From Vitrella brassicaformis CCMP3155 (lineage: Eukaryota > Protista > Chromerida), in the NCBI GenBank assembly GCA_001179505.1, contig CDMY01000625.1, forward strand, positions 1-40,834: 40,834 bases of DNA. The letters run 5' to 3'. The position numbers and the translations under genes were made by a program. Below the pieces are notes generated by a model that made no database searches, had not been told where the DNA came from, and saw only the letters and a list, made by a program, of their open reading frames with translations. The stretch's first letter is position 1, and the number at the start of each line of letters is the position of its first letter. Below, piece by piece: positions 1 to 11,932 of this stretch.

Positions 1-187
1 GTGGATTTTGTGGAGAGTCCACGTAGGACATGTAGTATGCGTCAGTCCATTCTGTCTGACGTCCTGTCCGCCATGGCCTGTCTCATGGAACGGACAAAGA
101 CTCAACAGCCGTCCTGTCTCACAGATCAGTGGATCGTCGGTCTATGAACCCTAGACCCTAAACCCTGGACCGACTTGCACTTCTGAC

Positions 188-1026
188 ATGAAGGTCAGTC
201 AGGACAGGGAAACAGTGGGCAGCTGCTCAAAGTGACACAGACACTCTGCATGCATGTTTCGGTGTGCCTCTGTGTGTGTGTGTGTGTGTGTGGCAGGACC
301 TGCCCCATGCCCTTCATGTGCCTACGGACGACAAGCAGGTGGACAACGGTGCGGCTGCGGGCCCCCCGCAGAAGAAGCAGAAGACCGAGGGCACCATGGT
401 GCACAGCGGCCTGCTCCACCTGCTGGCCATGTGTGAATATTTCGGCATGGATAAGCATGTGGCTGCCATCCTCGCGGCGCTCTACTCGTGCATCCCAAAG
501 TGGTCACTCGATGTGACCGCCTTCATCCTGGAGCTCAAGCCGAACCTGCTCGCGAGTGCTGACTTCCCTAGGGCCGAACTCAGTGACTCGCTATCGACCC
601 TCCTGGTGCGGCAGACACACACTTACTCTGGCTTCAGCAAGGACAGTCTTAAGAGGCTGCCCCTGGACCTTATCGTAGACGTGGTGGGGAGGTTAGCCCT
701 ACGATATCGTTGATATGGACGACTGACTTTTCATCGGGAGAGGTTCTCTCTCAGTCTCCCTCGCCCTGTGTGTATGAGAGAGTCACTCACGGTGGGCTGG
801 TTTGTGTGGCGGCGCACATGGCATGCTGTAGATAGATGAAATGCACGCAATGCACCGTGACGTCAGCCAGGCCTGATCAGATGAGCATGGTGTGGTGGGT
901 GTGTGATGCAGATTGGACGCATATACGCCCTACTTTCGTGTTTCAGTGAATGTGGATAGTCCTCTGACGCATTGGCCTCTCAATTTGTCCAGGCCAAGCA
1001 GTTTCACGATTCGTTTGCGAGCTTGA
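188..1026 (+). CDS. Hypothetical spliced protein, weakly BTB/BACK-like C-terminal region
   Basis: ATG AAG|gtcag at 188-193; acceptor ggcag|GAC at ~296 opens a long exon (DLPHALHVP...LLHLLAMCEYFGMDKHV...LKRLPLDLIVDVVGR). A donor at GGGAG|gttag is phase-compatible with an exon after gatgcag (~912) ending TGA 1024-1026; without that splice the ORF stops at 713. Domain call is by eye only. Confidence 0.45.
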
Positions 1027-1322
1027 AATTTTTCCAGAGTGGCGAGCTCGAAGGCTGCTCGGCGTTGTCGTGGTCATCTCACCTCACAGAGTCTCGGATA
1101 CAAGCTAGACATCCCACCTGCAGCCATCTATCCCTTCCCCGAGACTGCTCTCCCTCTTCCCTCTTCTCTCCCTAGACCTGTCCCCTCCACACGACACCAA
1201 GGCGACCACAGAAACATCTGATCTGCAGGTCTTCGCATCTTGGTGTCATCCGAATCACCACAACTTGAAGCATGGCTCTGAAGGATCTGAAGCGACGGCT
1301 GCTGCTGGCTGGTGCTTCCAGC

Positions 1323-3250
1323 ATGAGAGGCGCTGGTCAATGTGCATATGTTCTCCTACGCTGTGTGGACCTTGGCATGAAGCTCGTCGGCCCGCTGCTG
1401 GTCAGAGAGAGAAGAACCCAATACATGTGATAGGTGTCTGTCATTGTGTCTGTGTGTGGTGTTTGTGATCAGATATTGTTTGCTTTCGGCCTTTATGGGT
1501 TCATAGCGTATTCGTTCTTTGCCTTCATCGTCCCGTACGAGCCGTGGCCGGCGTGGCAGCGCACCCTGCTCTCCTTGGTGGGCATCTTCCTGCTCGCAAA
1601 CATCATATACAACTACCTTGGCGCCATCTTCACAGGTCAGTCACCATCACCCACAACATATGTGACCGACACCGACGCATGAGACCCACGGGCTGTTTGC
1701 TGGCTTCTCGTCGTGTGTGTGTCTGTTCGATGTGCAGATCCGGGCAGTCCGCCAGAATATGGAGGGGTAGGCTTCTAGGCTGGAGGAACACTTTCTTCTG
1801 TCGATTGGCGAGTGTTTGCAAACTGTGTGTGTGTGTCTGGTGTGTCCTGTCCCTTCAGACTGAGATGGAGGAGGGCGCTGGGATGGGGGGGCTGGGGGAT
1901 GAAGTCAAGCAATGCCAAAAATGTGAGGTGACGCATACCGACGGACGACATTCGTGTGGCCTGTCTTCATTCCATGCATGTGTGATGTCTGTCATGCCTG
2001 TCTGGGTGTCAGGTTCTCGCTTGAAGCCTGCCAGGTGTCACCACTGTAGCGTGTGCAACCGATGTGTTCTCAAAATGGACCATCACGTAAGTAAATCAAT
2101 GACGACAGAGGAGACAGAGATGGCATGCCATGGTCGATCCGATCGCTGCGTGTGTGGTGGTGTGGGGTGTGTGTGTCTTCAGTGTCCCTGGGTGAACAAC
2201 TGCGTCGGTTTCCACAACTACCGGTACTTTTGGCTGTTCCTCGTCTATTTGGCCATGGGCTGCACTTTCGTCATCGCAACTGTCGCCAGGGCCTTCTATG
2301 TCGCCATATTCACACCGGTCAGTCAGTCAGCAGACGAGACGCCCGCAGACACAGCATAGCCCTCACCCACTTGTGTGGTGGTGCACGTGTGTGTGAATGA
2401 ATGGCTATGCAGCGTCAGTCTGAGTTTCCTTTCTTCGGCCGGCAGTGTGTGGCCCTGACATTCGTCATCTGCTGTGCGGTGCGCAACACGCCCTGCCAGA
2501 GAGAATGTCTGTGTGCACGACACATATGTCATGTCATGGCATGGCATGGTGTGTTGTGGTCCTGTGTGCAGATTGAGTTGGCCATGTGTGTGTTGGCGAC
2601 CTTTCACGTCTACCTGGCCCTCACGAACCAAACCACTCTCGAATTCCAGGTAGCTGACCGACACAGTGTGCACGGGCACTCACTCATCTCACTCATCGTC
2701 ATGTTTGTGTGCAGCTGAATCTGCACACACGGGCGAGGGCCAGGTGGAATGGAGTGGTGAGTCAGCACACACACACGGAGGGAGGGGAAGCGACGACACG
2801 ACACACGTGGATCCTACCCCTTCCTTCTATCGCTTCGTTTTGTGTGTCAGAATTTTCGCAATCCCTACGATCTGGGGCGGAAACGAAACATGCAGCAGGT
2901 GTTCGGGCCATCAAGGTGAGTCGGTCTCTCTCACACGCTCTGATTGATGCGCTGCTCTATCAAGGAGACAGTCGGATGCATCCGCCTGCGTGTGTGGGTG
3001 TGTATGCAGGTTTCCAATATGGATGATGCCTTACTTGGCCGAACCACCAGAAGGTAGGTGCCACCTACTCAATACATGACGCCATTCACCATCCACCCAG
3101 CCACCACACCGCGTGTCATGAATCCCTGTCTCCCTCGATCCTTCAGGGGATGGTTTATCATTCCGAGCGCTGGGCAAGCCGGCCGTTCTGCGGCTGCCGC
3201 AACGACCGAAATGCGACCGACCAGCGACCCACAACGCAGCAGCAGGATGA
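1323..3250 (+). CDS. DHHC-type palmitoyltransferase (protein S-acyltransferase), multi-exon
   Basis: Spliced exons give [26 protein letters not shown]|[10 protein letters not shown]...NYLGAIFT|DPGSPP...CQKCE|...[21 protein letters not shown]|[20 protein letters not shown]...|[16 protein letters not shown] (TTxE motif)|...[16 protein letters not shown]|...GDGLSF...TGA 3248-3250. The DHHC cysteine-rich domain is intact. Confidence 0.95.
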
Positions 3251-3556
3251 TTGGTGGATGGATGTAAAGAGGGAGGAGGTGTGGTGGGGTGGGGTGTGTC
3301 GGTCGGTCAGTCAGGAAGAGCACTGTCTGTCTGTCTGTCTGTTGGTTGTGCAGCATGGCTTAGTGTGTCTGGTACAGTGTGTGTTGTACGTGTGTGTACT
3401 GACTTGTATAGGGGCGGGCAGTCGGGAAACAAACATGTACACACATGCATATATGCAGCAATCAATCTTGTTTTTATCAATCAGTCAAGATTGCTTGTCG
3501 ATCACATCAACCGACATCCGACCTTTCATTATGTATTGCATCCATCCGCCAGTCGG

Positions 3557-6500
3557 TCAGGTGCCCTGTGCGATAAGCTGTCTTGTGCGCTGCATCTGCT
3601 CCTGGAACATGGCCTCCTGCTCACGCTGACGCACAAACGACTCCTCAAGGGACAACTGCCCACACAACACACATAACACGGATCCGCACACGTCCCCCCA
3701 CCATGCTCATCCCTCTCTCTCTCTCCCACCTGCAGCTGGCTAATCTGCACAGCCAGGTCGGCCTTGTCCTGCCGGAGCTCATCCACTGACTCGTGTGTCT
3801 TGCCAGGCCCTGGCCGTGACGCCAGGAAGCCCCTCAGAGAGGCACTGAGTGTTGCGGGCGCTGTTGTGTCGCCGTCGTGTATGTGCCTCAGGTAATACAG
3901 CGCCTCCTCACAGGCGGCAGAGGCGCAGTGGAGCCGACCCTGGTAGAACGAATGCACAGATAGATAAGATGGTCGTGTCTCCGCGTCCCTGTCAATTACC
4001 TTATCCAATTGCTCTTTGGCCTCCGTCAGTCTCTCCCCCGCCACCTCAAGCAGCACACCGTCCCACTGGGCCTCCCAACCACCATCACCATCACCAGCAC
4101 CAGCCTCGACAACCCCCTCCCCCTCCCTCTCTGCCTCATCAGTCTGCGACGGGGCGGTCGTCTGTCGGGCTGGTTTCCACTCCCAGCCGTAAGCAGCGCC
4201 GTATGTGGTGGGGGCCTCTTCGCCGGGAGCTTTGGGGAGCGGGTGGCTGTAGGCCTTGACGGGTGGTTTGGGGGGTGTGTGCTGCACTGGTGGCGGCTGC
4301 AGGGTGTCGCTTCGCGGAGGGGGCGGGATGGGAGGGCCGAATGGCGGTGGCTCTGCTGACTGGGCGTCGCTTGGTGGCTCCAAGGGCTGCTCAGGCTGCG
4401 AGGGAAGGCGGTCTTCATGTTCAGGCATGTGCGGCGAGAGAGAACGAGTCTCCTTCTTCTTCGGATGCGACCAAGGACGGTCCCTGTCTCCCTCTCCGTC
4501 GCTGACAACCCCCCTTCGCCTGTCGCGCCGCCTGAGCATTGCATCCTGTCGCCTCTGCCGCTTCTCATCGCTGCCGCTGAGCTTCTTCTCCAGATGCTCA
4601 GCCCGCCTGTTGTGTGCACACCGGCTGCAGACCCCCTTGGTGCCGCCGTCCCCGCCTCGCCGCTTCTCGCTCTTGAACGAGAAAACAAATCCACACCCAA
4701 AGCAGTCGAGCAGCTTGGTGCTTGGTGGGCGCCACGGGGTGCCTGAAGCCACGGAGCCGGGTATGACCTGCAGTGCCAGCTTGGCCTGCTTGACGCCCTC
4801 GGCCAGCCATTTCTGCCGCACTGACTCGATGCCCTCGCCACCTCTGCATGTGTGGACAAGACACAATGACATGGGGAACACGTGTTTGTGTCGGTTGCCT
4901 ACCCAGGGAAGCGGAGTTCGTGTGCGTAGTGGGCGTATGAGGAGTTTGGCGGGCAGCGATCCTTTTCCGCCGGCCGAATGATGACTCGTCTTGGAGGGGG
5001 GTACTCCTTCTTCTTGGGCTGCGGTGGTGGTGCCGCCGGCTGCTCCTCTCTCCGCGGCTCCCTCATGCTCTCCCTTTGTTTGGTCCGTGGCATCGCAGTG
5101 GCGGGCCGCACGCGCGTTTGGGGCTTCACCTGTGCTGATGGCGGTGGGGATGGTGCTGGTGCTGGTGACCGTGATCGCGGTCGTTTCGCTGCTTTCTTGG
5201 GCTCGGCGGATTTTGGCGCAGCTTTGATCATCGTCTTGGGCCTCTTCTTCTTCAGCTCTGCACGTGTCTCCGTCACATTCGCTTTTGGCTCGGGTGCTGG
5301 CGCGGATGCAGACGGTGGCTCTCCCCCTTCCATGGGCGGCGGGGCGGCGGCTTTGCCAGCGTGTTTCAGCCAGGGGTTCTCCTTCTTGCCGCCCTTCCGC
5401 TTGCCGCGGCACGGAGGCGAGGCGGAGCGGGCTCTCTGCTGCTCCTTCCCGGGTGATGGTCCCCTCTTGCCGCCTTTTGGCTGTTTCTCCTCCTTCCTCG
5501 CTACAGGAGGCGCCGATGCCGGCCGTGGTGGCGCCAGAGGAGGTAATGTCGACCTCTTCTTGCTGATGGGCGGCAAAGCGGATGGCTTCGGGCCACTCAC
5601 GGCAGGCAATGGCGAGGGCATCGCCGGCTTGGTAGTCTCTTCTGGTGTTTGTTGTGCTGATTGCTTCTTCCTTTGGTCAGCTGCCCTCTTCTGCGGCTTG
5701 ACAGCAGGGGGAGGGGGAGGGGGAGGGAGCTCTGTTGGGGGAGGGGGTGGCGGTGGATGAGGTCGCTTGCCAGGCTTGGATATCACGATTGGCATCTTGG
5801 CTGCCTTGCGCTGGAGCTCCTTGGGGCGGAACTGTGTCTTGAATGGGAAACGGTCGATGGCGATGGGGCAGTGTGTGCGCTGCAGCGACTGCAGGTCACG
5901 CAGACGGGAGTGGCGTTCACGGTAGACTTTCTGCAGACAGAGGGCAAGACAGAGAATCCTCCCAGCAGCAGTGCTCTGTCTGTCTGTCTGTGTGTCTAAT
6001 GACTGACATTGATCATCTTGTTGAGGTCATACACTCGTCTGAGCAGCGCCACCGAGCCGGCATGGTCAAAGGTCTCATCCCTCCTGCATCAACAACACAC
6101 NNNNNNNNNNNNNNNNNNNNNNNNNNNNNNNNNNNNNNNNNNNNNNNNNNNNNNNNNNNNNNNNNNNNNNNNNNNNNNNNNNNNNNNNNNNNNNNNNNNN
6201 NNNNNNNNNNNNNNNNNNNNNNNNNNNNNNNNNNNNNNNNNNNNNNNNNNNNNNNNNNNNNNNNNNNNNNNNNNNNNNNNNNNNNNNNNNNNNNNNNNNN
6301 NNNNNNNNNNNNNNNNNNNNNNNNNNNNNNNNNNNNNNNNNNNNNNNNNNNNNNNNNNNNNNNNNNNNNNNNNNNNNNNNNNNNNNNNNNNNNNNNNNNN
6401 TGGACAAGACACAATGACATGGGGAACACGTGTTTGTGTCGGTTGCCTACCCAGGGAAGCGGAGTTCGTGTGCGTAGTGGGCGTATGAGGAGTTTGGCGG

Positions 6501-9500
6501 GCAGCGATCCTTTTCCGCCGGCCGAATGATGACTCGTCTTGGAGGGGGGTACTCCTTCTTCTTGGGCTGCGGTGGTGGTGCCGCCGGCTGCTCCTCTCTC
6601 CGCGGCTCCCTCATGCTCTCCCTTTGTTTGGTCCGTGGCATCGCAGTGGCGGGCCGCACGCGCGTTTGGGGCTTCACCTGTGCTGATGGCGGTGGGGATG
6701 GTGCTGGTGCTGGTGACCGTGATCGCGGTCGTTTCGCTGCTTTCTTGGGCTCGGCGGATTTTGGCGCAGCTTTGATCATCGTCTTGGGCCTCTTCTTCTT
6801 CAGCTCTGCACGTGTCTCCGTCACATTCGCTTTTGGCTCGGGTGCTGGCGCGGATGCAGACGGTGGCTCTCCCCCTTCCATGGGCGGCGGGGCGGCGGCT
6901 TTGCCAGCGTGTTTCAGCCAGGGGTTCTCCTTCTTGCCGCCCTTCCGCTTGCCGCGGCACGGAGGCGAGGCGGAGCGGGCTCTCTGCTGCTCCTTCCCGG
7001 GTGATGGTCCCCTCTTGCCGCCTTTTGGCTGTTTCTCCTCCTTCCTCGCTACAGGAGGCGCCGATGCCGGCCGTGGTGGCGCCAGAGGAGGTAATGTCGA
7101 CCTCTTCTTGCTGATGGGCGGCAAAGCGGATGGCTTCGGGCCACTCACGGCAGGCAATGGCGAGGGCATCGCCGGCTTGGTAGTCTCTTCTGGTGTTTGT
7201 TGTGCTGATTGCTTCTTCCTTTGGTCAGCTGCCCTCTTCTGCGGCTTGACAGCAGGGGGAGGGGGAGGGGGAGGGAGCTCTGTTGGGGGAGGGGGTGGCG
7301 GTGGATGAGGTCGCTTGCCAGGCTTGGATATCACGATTGGCATCTTGGCTGCCTTGCGCTGGAGCTCCTTGGGGCGGAACTGTGTCTTGAATGGGAAACG
7401 GTCGATGGCGATGGGGCAGTGTGTGCGCTGCAGCGACTGCAGGTCACGCAGACGGGAGTGGCGTTCACGGTAGACTTTCTGCAGACAGAGGGCAAGACAG
7501 AGAATCCTCCCAGCAGCAGTGCTCTGTCTGTCTGTCTGTGTGTCTAATGACTGACATTGATCATCTTGTTGAGGTCATACACTCGTCTGAGCAGCGCCAC
7601 CGAGCCGGCATGGTCAAAGGTCTCATCCCTCCTGCATCAACAACACACACATCCACTCCACCCCCCATTCCGCCTTCTCCACTCATCCATCCATCCGTCT
7701 CACCTGCTAACAACAGCGTGGGATTTGTCCCTCAGCTCTTCAAGCGTGCGGTCCCGCTCTCCCTCCATCTGTGCCGTCTCATCGCCAGCTGGAGCTGGTG
7801 GTGCCGTGGCGGCCGTGTCAGGAGCAGAAGCAGGAGCAGGTCGTGGTGGTGATGTGGGTGTCCGTTTCTTGCCAGCAATGAGGCTGTCGAAGTGTTGGTT
7901 GATCTGCTCTATGTTGAAGTGTGTCTTCAGCCGCTGGCGGGACTGCGCGAGGTATCCCATGTAGAAGAGGGCCTGGCAACGGAGCACGATGCCCCACCTG
8001 TACTTGTTGCGGTACTGGGGGTACTTCGTGCTGTCGAAGTTTTCGTTCGTGTCCCTGCAAATGTGTCGCGAGCGTGGTGGGTGAGTAGGAGGATAGACAC
8101 ACCGAATTTGTGTTTCGTATTTTGTCTCACCTGACAAACTCTTCGATGTTGCGCACGTCGAGTTTTCCTTCCAGCCACTCGTAGCGGAGACCCCTTCACA
8201 CACACCGTGAGACAGGATGCCCGTCAGCCCCTCACATAAACACATAGACACACACATACATACCTCATGAGCCGGATATTCTTGAGCGGCTGCCGCCCCG
8301 CCGCCTTCGGCACAAAGCAGCACTCCCTCCTGTCTTCCTCCTTGCCAAACAGCTCATTTCTCAGTCCCCCCGTGTCCGCCCTCTCCCACACCTCCAAATG
8401 ACTCCCACCAAACAGCGCCCTCCCGAGGCCCTCCCGCCTTGTCTCGCCGTCATCCAGACCGTTCGGGGGCACATCCAGCTGCAGCGTACCTCGTGGATCG
8501 ACTTTGATGGTCGGGCGGATGGCGGCCGGGTCTCTGTGTGTGGTGTACGGGGGGAGGATGGAGGGGTTGTCTCGCAGCCGCTGGAGGGCCTTGATATTGG
8601 CGTTGTGCGTGTAAGGGGTCCGGCCGGCCGGCAGCATGAACGCCGGGATGGCATGGCGCCAGATGAGCCGGCGACCTGATCGAGAACCAAGAATGATACT
8701 GTGCCCGTCATTCCTGCATGTGTGTGGCATAATTTGCTGACCGCCTGATTGGACTCGTCTTTTCATGAGGTCGAAGAAGAAGTGGACAAATGAGCGGGGC
8801 GCCTTGATGCGCTGTGGTGGCCCTGAACGGCGGCCGGGAGGGCCAGAGAAATCGGGATAGAACCTGATTAATGAAGAGACAGAAATGCGGAGACAGCAGT
8901 GCGGATCGGTAAGACGACTGTTCTTGCTGTGCACCTCGCATAGACGATCTTAGCGTCATGTTTCTCGCATAAGTCGGCGAAGCACTGATCCAGATACACC
9001 CTGCCGACAAACAAACAGGCGACATGCAACCATTCACTCTCAATCTCTCTGCCTGTCTGTTGAAATGTGTGTGCGTGTCTTTTCTGTCTGTGCCTGGGTG
9101 CGGTTCTCTTCTTGTCCGGTTCCATGATGGACGCCTTGGTGGCCATGTCATAGCGCTGCACGTACCGCAGGATGGTCCTGTCCAAAGCGCGGCGGGCCTT
9201 GACCGCCTCCTCATACGCCTGACAACCAACCAGCGAGGGGAAGACGCACACACACACACTGTCTGCAAATCGACGTGTGCAAGTGTGTGTGCGTCAATAA
9301 CCTCGAATGTGCGATGTGTTCTTGCTCTGTCCTTCTGTTTCCACCGCTCAATCAGCTGGCTGGGCGGACGAACGAAGACGTAGCGATAATGTACCGCCGT
9401 GATGTGCAGCGGCCAGTGCTGACTGACTCACCTTCGTTCGTCGGCGGGCATTGGGTCTTTGGTCCGCTTTCCACGAGTCATCCTGTCGCGACGACGCTCC

Positions 9501-11594
9501 TCCTGACACACACAGTCACATGTTGGCAGGCATTTCTGCATCCTTTCGTCTCCGTGTGTGACCTCAAACAAATTGTGGCAGTCATAGTCGCGTGGCTCGA
9601 TTCCTCTGGGTGCAGCGACAGACACATGGGAGCGGCGACGAAGATTCACAATCAAATTTGCAGTGTCGCTGTGAGCAAGGAGGAGGAGCGCACCTGAATG
9701 GCGGCCTGGCCAGTGTGAGGTCCGTGTGGATCATCTTCTGGACGACGGCATCGAAGGGGCACTGAGACGCCAGACGACGCAAGTAGTACTCGGGTCGCGG
9801 ACGGATGTGCGGCCTGTTGGTCAATCACACATGGGGCAAACACACGAGCTTCATAAGCAACCACAAACACACGTGCTTACTTGGCGAGTTCGTCGAGTGT
9901 GGGCTTGGGCGGGACTTTGGGAAGCACCTGAAGGGCCAGCCGCTCTTCGGCTGTACGGGCCTTGGCCACCTCATATCTATACAGCCACACAACGCACATA
10001 TACACATAGACGGCCATCGATACCCAGAGACACGATGCGATGCGCATTCACTGTTTCATGTCTTTCTGCTGCTCGTTCAGCCGCTCTTGCGCCTCACACC
10101 ACCCCAGACACAAAGACACCAGCTGTGACAAAAGAGACACAGAGAAAGGTTTCTGTCCGATGCCGCCCTCGTGCATCGTCACCTGTTTGTGTGTGTAGCC
10201 GTTGACAGCGAATTTGATCTTGAGCGGTGGCGGGATGGCCCCGGCGAACTGAGCCAGCAGCTGAGGGTCGCGGCAACTGTAGCCCATCCTCTCTTGGAAA
10301 TAATGACAGACAGTCGACCCAAAATACTCGCCCTGCCACATACCACGTACAGACACACACACCAAGCGCCATTACAGCTGTTGTCCGTGTCTCGCGTCAA
10401 CTCGCCTTTTTCCATTGCTTCAGGATGTCCTCCACTTTCTTGGGCGCGGCCGTCAGCTGGAGCTTCTCCTTGACCCGGCCACTCGACCTCTCCCAGAAGC
10501 CCACCAACACATCCACTGACAGCTCCAACCCGCCCCGCCCCTTGCCCCCAAACCCCTCTGGAAAAGGGGGCAAGGGCGGTGGGCGGATGCACGGGTCCAT
10601 CACCGACTGAGTCAGGAGAGCAAGGTCAGGCGTGGTCGTGAAGCCGGGGTCGCCGCGGCACAGCCAAAAAAGCTCCACAATGCGGCCAATAAAGTCGGTG
10701 GGCGATATGAGGAGCTCGCCTTCTTTGTGAGTGAGCGACATGGACGGTGGGGGAGGGTCACCGAGGAGCCGGAGCAGCGCTCTCGACTCGTCTGTTGGAG
10801 CCGTGTCCTCTTGTGCAGGCCTCTCCGCGACCTTTGGTGGAGAGGGAGGGGCCGACAGCGCTGTCAGGTCCAGCTTGGCCGCCATCTCTCGCCTCATTTG
10901 GAAGAACCTTCCCATCGAACTCTCCAACAGAGGCGTCACATCCCCTCCCCCTCCGGCCCCTCCCTGCTCCCGTAACACCTCCCGCCACGCCAGGTCGATA
11001 TCAGCCGACTCCCACCTCTCCTTGTGCAGAGCCGTGTTGACACTCATGACAGCCGCCATCACGTCCACAGGCGACGGCAGCACACGCCCCTCCAGAGACC
11101 GGGAGATGACTTCACACAGCTGTGCAATGCGGTCGGCGCGATGAGGTGCCTTGGTCTGTCTGCCGAGGAGGGTGACGCATCTGGACAGGTCGAGGGAGGA
11201 GACGCTTGCAGGTGCGTCTGTGATCATGGCCTGGGGAGGCGGTTGAGGAGCCGATGTGGCAGTGGCGGCCGCAAAGGACGGAGGAGGGCGGAACTGCAGG
11301 CAGGAGAGCCAGAAGGCCACGGCGGCCTCCTCATCCGGGGTGTCATAGCCTGAAACAATCAACCACCATATGCAGACGCCGTACACATGGGCAAGACCGT
11401 GGCGGTCTCTCTTTCGCTGACCCTTCTTGTCTTTGAATTCTGCTAGGATCCACAGAATGACCTGATGCATGCAATGCACGAGCAGAGAATAAGAATGTGC
11501 AGCCGGCGTGAAGCATGTCAAGGCATTGCGGGCAGATCTTGACCTCGAGAGGCAGCAGGCCTTCACGCTCGAGTGCGGCACCAACCTCATCCAT
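3557..11594 (-). CDS. Large multi-exon hypothetical protein (Pro/Lys-rich middle, C2C2 motif, C-terminal coiled coil); may be more than one gene; interrupted by the gap and duplication
   Basis: Chain of minus-strand exons with GT/AG ends: MDEVGAALEREGLL (ATG 11594); long exon in ORF 10397-11590; GEYFGSTVCHYF; YEVAKARTAEERL; PHIRPRPEYYL; ORF 8224-8934; RDTNENFDSTKYPQY; Pro/Lys-rich ORF 4899-5795; CFGC...CSRC at 4618-4704; last exon LSLEESFVRQREQE...QGT* (TGA at 3557-3559). No family recognised. Confidence 0.55.
4853..7648. repeat. Identical 1248-bp direct duplication (4853-6100 = 6401-7648) flanking an N gap; probable assembly artefact
   Basis: Offset of 1548 throughout; ORF track gives identical translations (4899-5795 vs 6447-7343; 4978-5760 vs 6526-7308). 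Copy 1 ends exactly at the gap and copy 2 starts exactly after it. Confidence 0.9.
6101..6400. other. Assembly gap (300 N)
   Basis: Run of n characters. Confidence 1.
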
Positions 11595-11932
11595 AGACGT
11601 GTGCATGGCCACTGGGGCAGATCTGGCTGCGCGAGATGGAGCCATGGTGATGCCGGAAATTAGGTTTGCTGGAGTGTGGTGTTCGCCTGAGACTGGGGGG
11701 TGTTTCGTGGGGGCCGGGGGCGAGAGAGACGAGACGCGTGCGTTTTCTCTGTGCTCCTCTTGTCGTCTGTTTCATCTATTTCATGCGATTGATGATACGC
11801 CACGTATCATATGTCTGCTAGTCTCATGCAGCCCTCCAGGAGACCCCTCCTCCCCCCTTTGTAAGTTCCCCTCTCTCTCTCTCTACCGTCCTCCTTGTCC
11901 ACCCATCCTCCACGTGCATCCGTCCAATCTAT

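Noticed and set aside
147-166. Telomere-like aaccctagaccctaaaccct
   Set aside because: Only about three degenerate units; too short to call an interstitial telomere or chromosome-end signal
1323-3250. Functional linkage of the DHHC gene with the MGNC-USP gene
   Set aside because: 37 kb apart in a eukaryotic genome with unrelated genes between; no evidence of clustering
4978-5760. Long plus-strand ORFs (4978-5760, 6526-7308, 36607-37359, 21555-23051 and similar)
   Set aside because: They are antisense shadows or intron read-throughs of GC-rich low-complexity exons, with no independent protein features
6401-7648. Second copy as a real tandem exon duplication
   Set aside because: No visible differences and breakpoints exactly at the N gap; an artefact is more parsimonious
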